Below, in pieces: positions 54,861 to 56,135 of a DNA stretch of 56,135 nucleotides. Source of the DNA: a virus (Duplodnaviria > Caudoviricetes); IMG/VR virus record IMGVR_UViG_3300042922_000108, positions 1 through 56,135 of that record, one strand, 5' to 3'. Within the stretch, counting starts at the first letter, position 1. Every line of letters starts with the position of its first letter. The translations under genes and the position numbers were made by a program. A model generated the notes under the pieces. The model searched no databases, had not been told where the DNA came from, and worked only from the letters and a program-made list of their open reading frames with translations.

Positions 54861-55223
54861 TCAAGCACACCAGCTTTGCTTCTGATTTAGTCGGCGGCTC
54901 GCATGGCTAAGCACAATGCAGTCTGCCAAGGGCATCCCCCTGTAGTCAGGGTAGTACCGCTTCACCGTGGACGTGCCAATACCGTAGGTGGCAATGATCT
55001 GCCGTATGGGCCAACCGTCCGCTACCGCTGCGTCGAGCAACGCCTTGCGCTCTGTGCTCATCTGCCGTCCGCTCTTCTCATTGCCGCCGCCCTTGGTGCC
55101 TGTCTTCGGGCGCTCACGGCGGTAGTTCTTCTGGTAGTCGCGCTGACACTGTATGCAGTTCCCCCACTTGCTCACGTTGTCAGGGGAGCGCTCATGCCCA
55201 TTCTTACAGTGTGTCTTGCTCAT
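54861..55223 (-). CDS. Zn-module plus HTH DNA-binding protein
   Basis: THCKNGH...N...CIQCQR, then GWPIRQIIATYGIGTSTVKRY; leaderless. Confidence 0.7.
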   Translation of the reverse strand: MSKTHCKNGHERSPDNVSKWGNCIQCQRDYQKNYRRERPKTGTKGGGNEKSGRQMSTERKALLDAAVADGWPIRQIIATYGIGTSTVKRYYPDYRGMPLADCIVLSHASRRLNQKQSWCA

Positions 55224-55248
55224 AACAGAATCGTAACGGAGGAAGGGG

Positions 55249-55479
55249 CTATAGGACAAATCGCCTTGTCGAAATATGTTTCTCAGTCACGGTGACCGTT
55301 GCAGTCTTGGCAGTCGTGCTCACAGTCTTCCGTCACATCGTAGTGATTGCAGCGGACACACTCAATGCAAGGCGGGTTGATATGGCAGGTACAGGAGTGG
55401 CAGGCGTAGTGCTTCTTCTTCTTCTTAGTCATGTGGGAAAGCCTATAGGACGGATCGCCTAAGCGAAATATGTTTCTCA
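55249..55479. repeat. 37-bp imperfect direct repeat (55249-55285, 55443-55479)
   Basis: CTATAGGAC..ATCGCCT...CGAAATATGTTTCTCA, 32/37 identical, each overlapping a - strand promoter. Confidence 0.85.
55283..55432 (-). CDS. 49-aa Cys/His-rich metal-binding peptide
   Basis: CHSCTCHINPPCIECVRC...; leaderless after TAGGCT. Confidence 0.6.
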   Translation of the reverse strand: MTKKKKKHYACHSCTCHINPPCIECVRCNHYDVTEDCEHDCQDCNGHRD

Positions 55480-55559
55480 AAAGCGCGCCCGATTTTCGGC
55501 TTACCTAAAAAATAAATCTGATTTAGTCGGAACTTTCGCATGAAAGTGACCTAAGTTTT

Positions 55560-56135
55560 CAATGCAGATGCATGTATAGCTATGCGTACCCTTGGAAGAG
55601 CTTGCATGCATATATACATCTCACCCATTACTTATACATGCATACGCATTGACCATATACATGCATACGCATGTACATGCACCACACAAAGAGCACGCAT
55701 GGCTAGTGCTTCCCCTGTTGCGTCTCTGTTGAGCGCGCAATTATTGCCCGTCGCTTGCGTGCTCAACTGTCTTTTAGCGCTGTAAGGCTCTGTATGCCTC
55801 GCTACGGGCCTCTAGTGCCTTAGCGGCACAATCTCCCATGTATGCCCTGTTAGTGCCTCTATGCCCTGCTCTAGGGCTTCCTATCCCTATGTACGGGCCT
55901 ACAGCCCAGCGCTCTATATATGCCCTGCTGTAGTGCCTATGGCCTGCCCTGTCTCCCATGCCCTATAGGGTGCCGCGACACGCCCGACCGCGTGGGGAGT
56001 TTTATTCTCCGAGTGTCGAAAATAAAAGTTCTATGTCTACTTTCTTTCTTTGATTATTAGAATCTCGAATATGTATATATATATATAAATAATAATAAAT
56101 AGATATAGAGAGAATGGTTTTTTCCACGACACGCC
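55560..56135. repeat. Non-coding low-complexity terminal region
   Basis: ATGC/CATA alternating tract, repeated ATGCCCT units, AT-only stretch, two CGACACGCC boxes. Confidence 0.65.

Overview
The window looks like an essentially complete lytic actinobacteriophage genome (siphovirus-type, roughly mid-50s % GC by eye). The host is probably a Micrococcales/Arthrobacter-like actinobacterium, inferred from the WhiB gene and gene content. The organisation resembles Arthrobacter cluster AQ-like phages (from memory, not verified). The + strand arm (1-24970) carries early and replication genes: SF2 helicase, RNA ligase and Pnkp, MazG, WhiB, Cas4-like exonuclease, AAA ATPase, SSB, primase-helicase, DNA Pol A and RuvC-like resolvase. 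The - strand arm (55432-25281) carries small early genes, ThyA, tRNA-Asn, terminase, portal, head, tail and lysis genes. No integrase or repressor was seen. The most unusual signals are non-coding: (i) two ORF-less promoter-to-terminator units whose RNAs expose CU-rich anti-Shine-Dalgarno segments, in a genome with about ten apparently leaderless genes; (ii) a tRNA-Pro-like RNA with a 71-nt structured insertion in its D-loop, inside a cluster of structured RNA modules; (iii) an apparent late-promoter class with TTGACA only 6-9 bp upstream of the -10 box. Unusual proteins include a terminator-bounded DGQHR (DndB-like) cassette and an expanded family of KOW/SH3-like modules. All calls are by-eye motif recognition; no searches or folding calculations were run.
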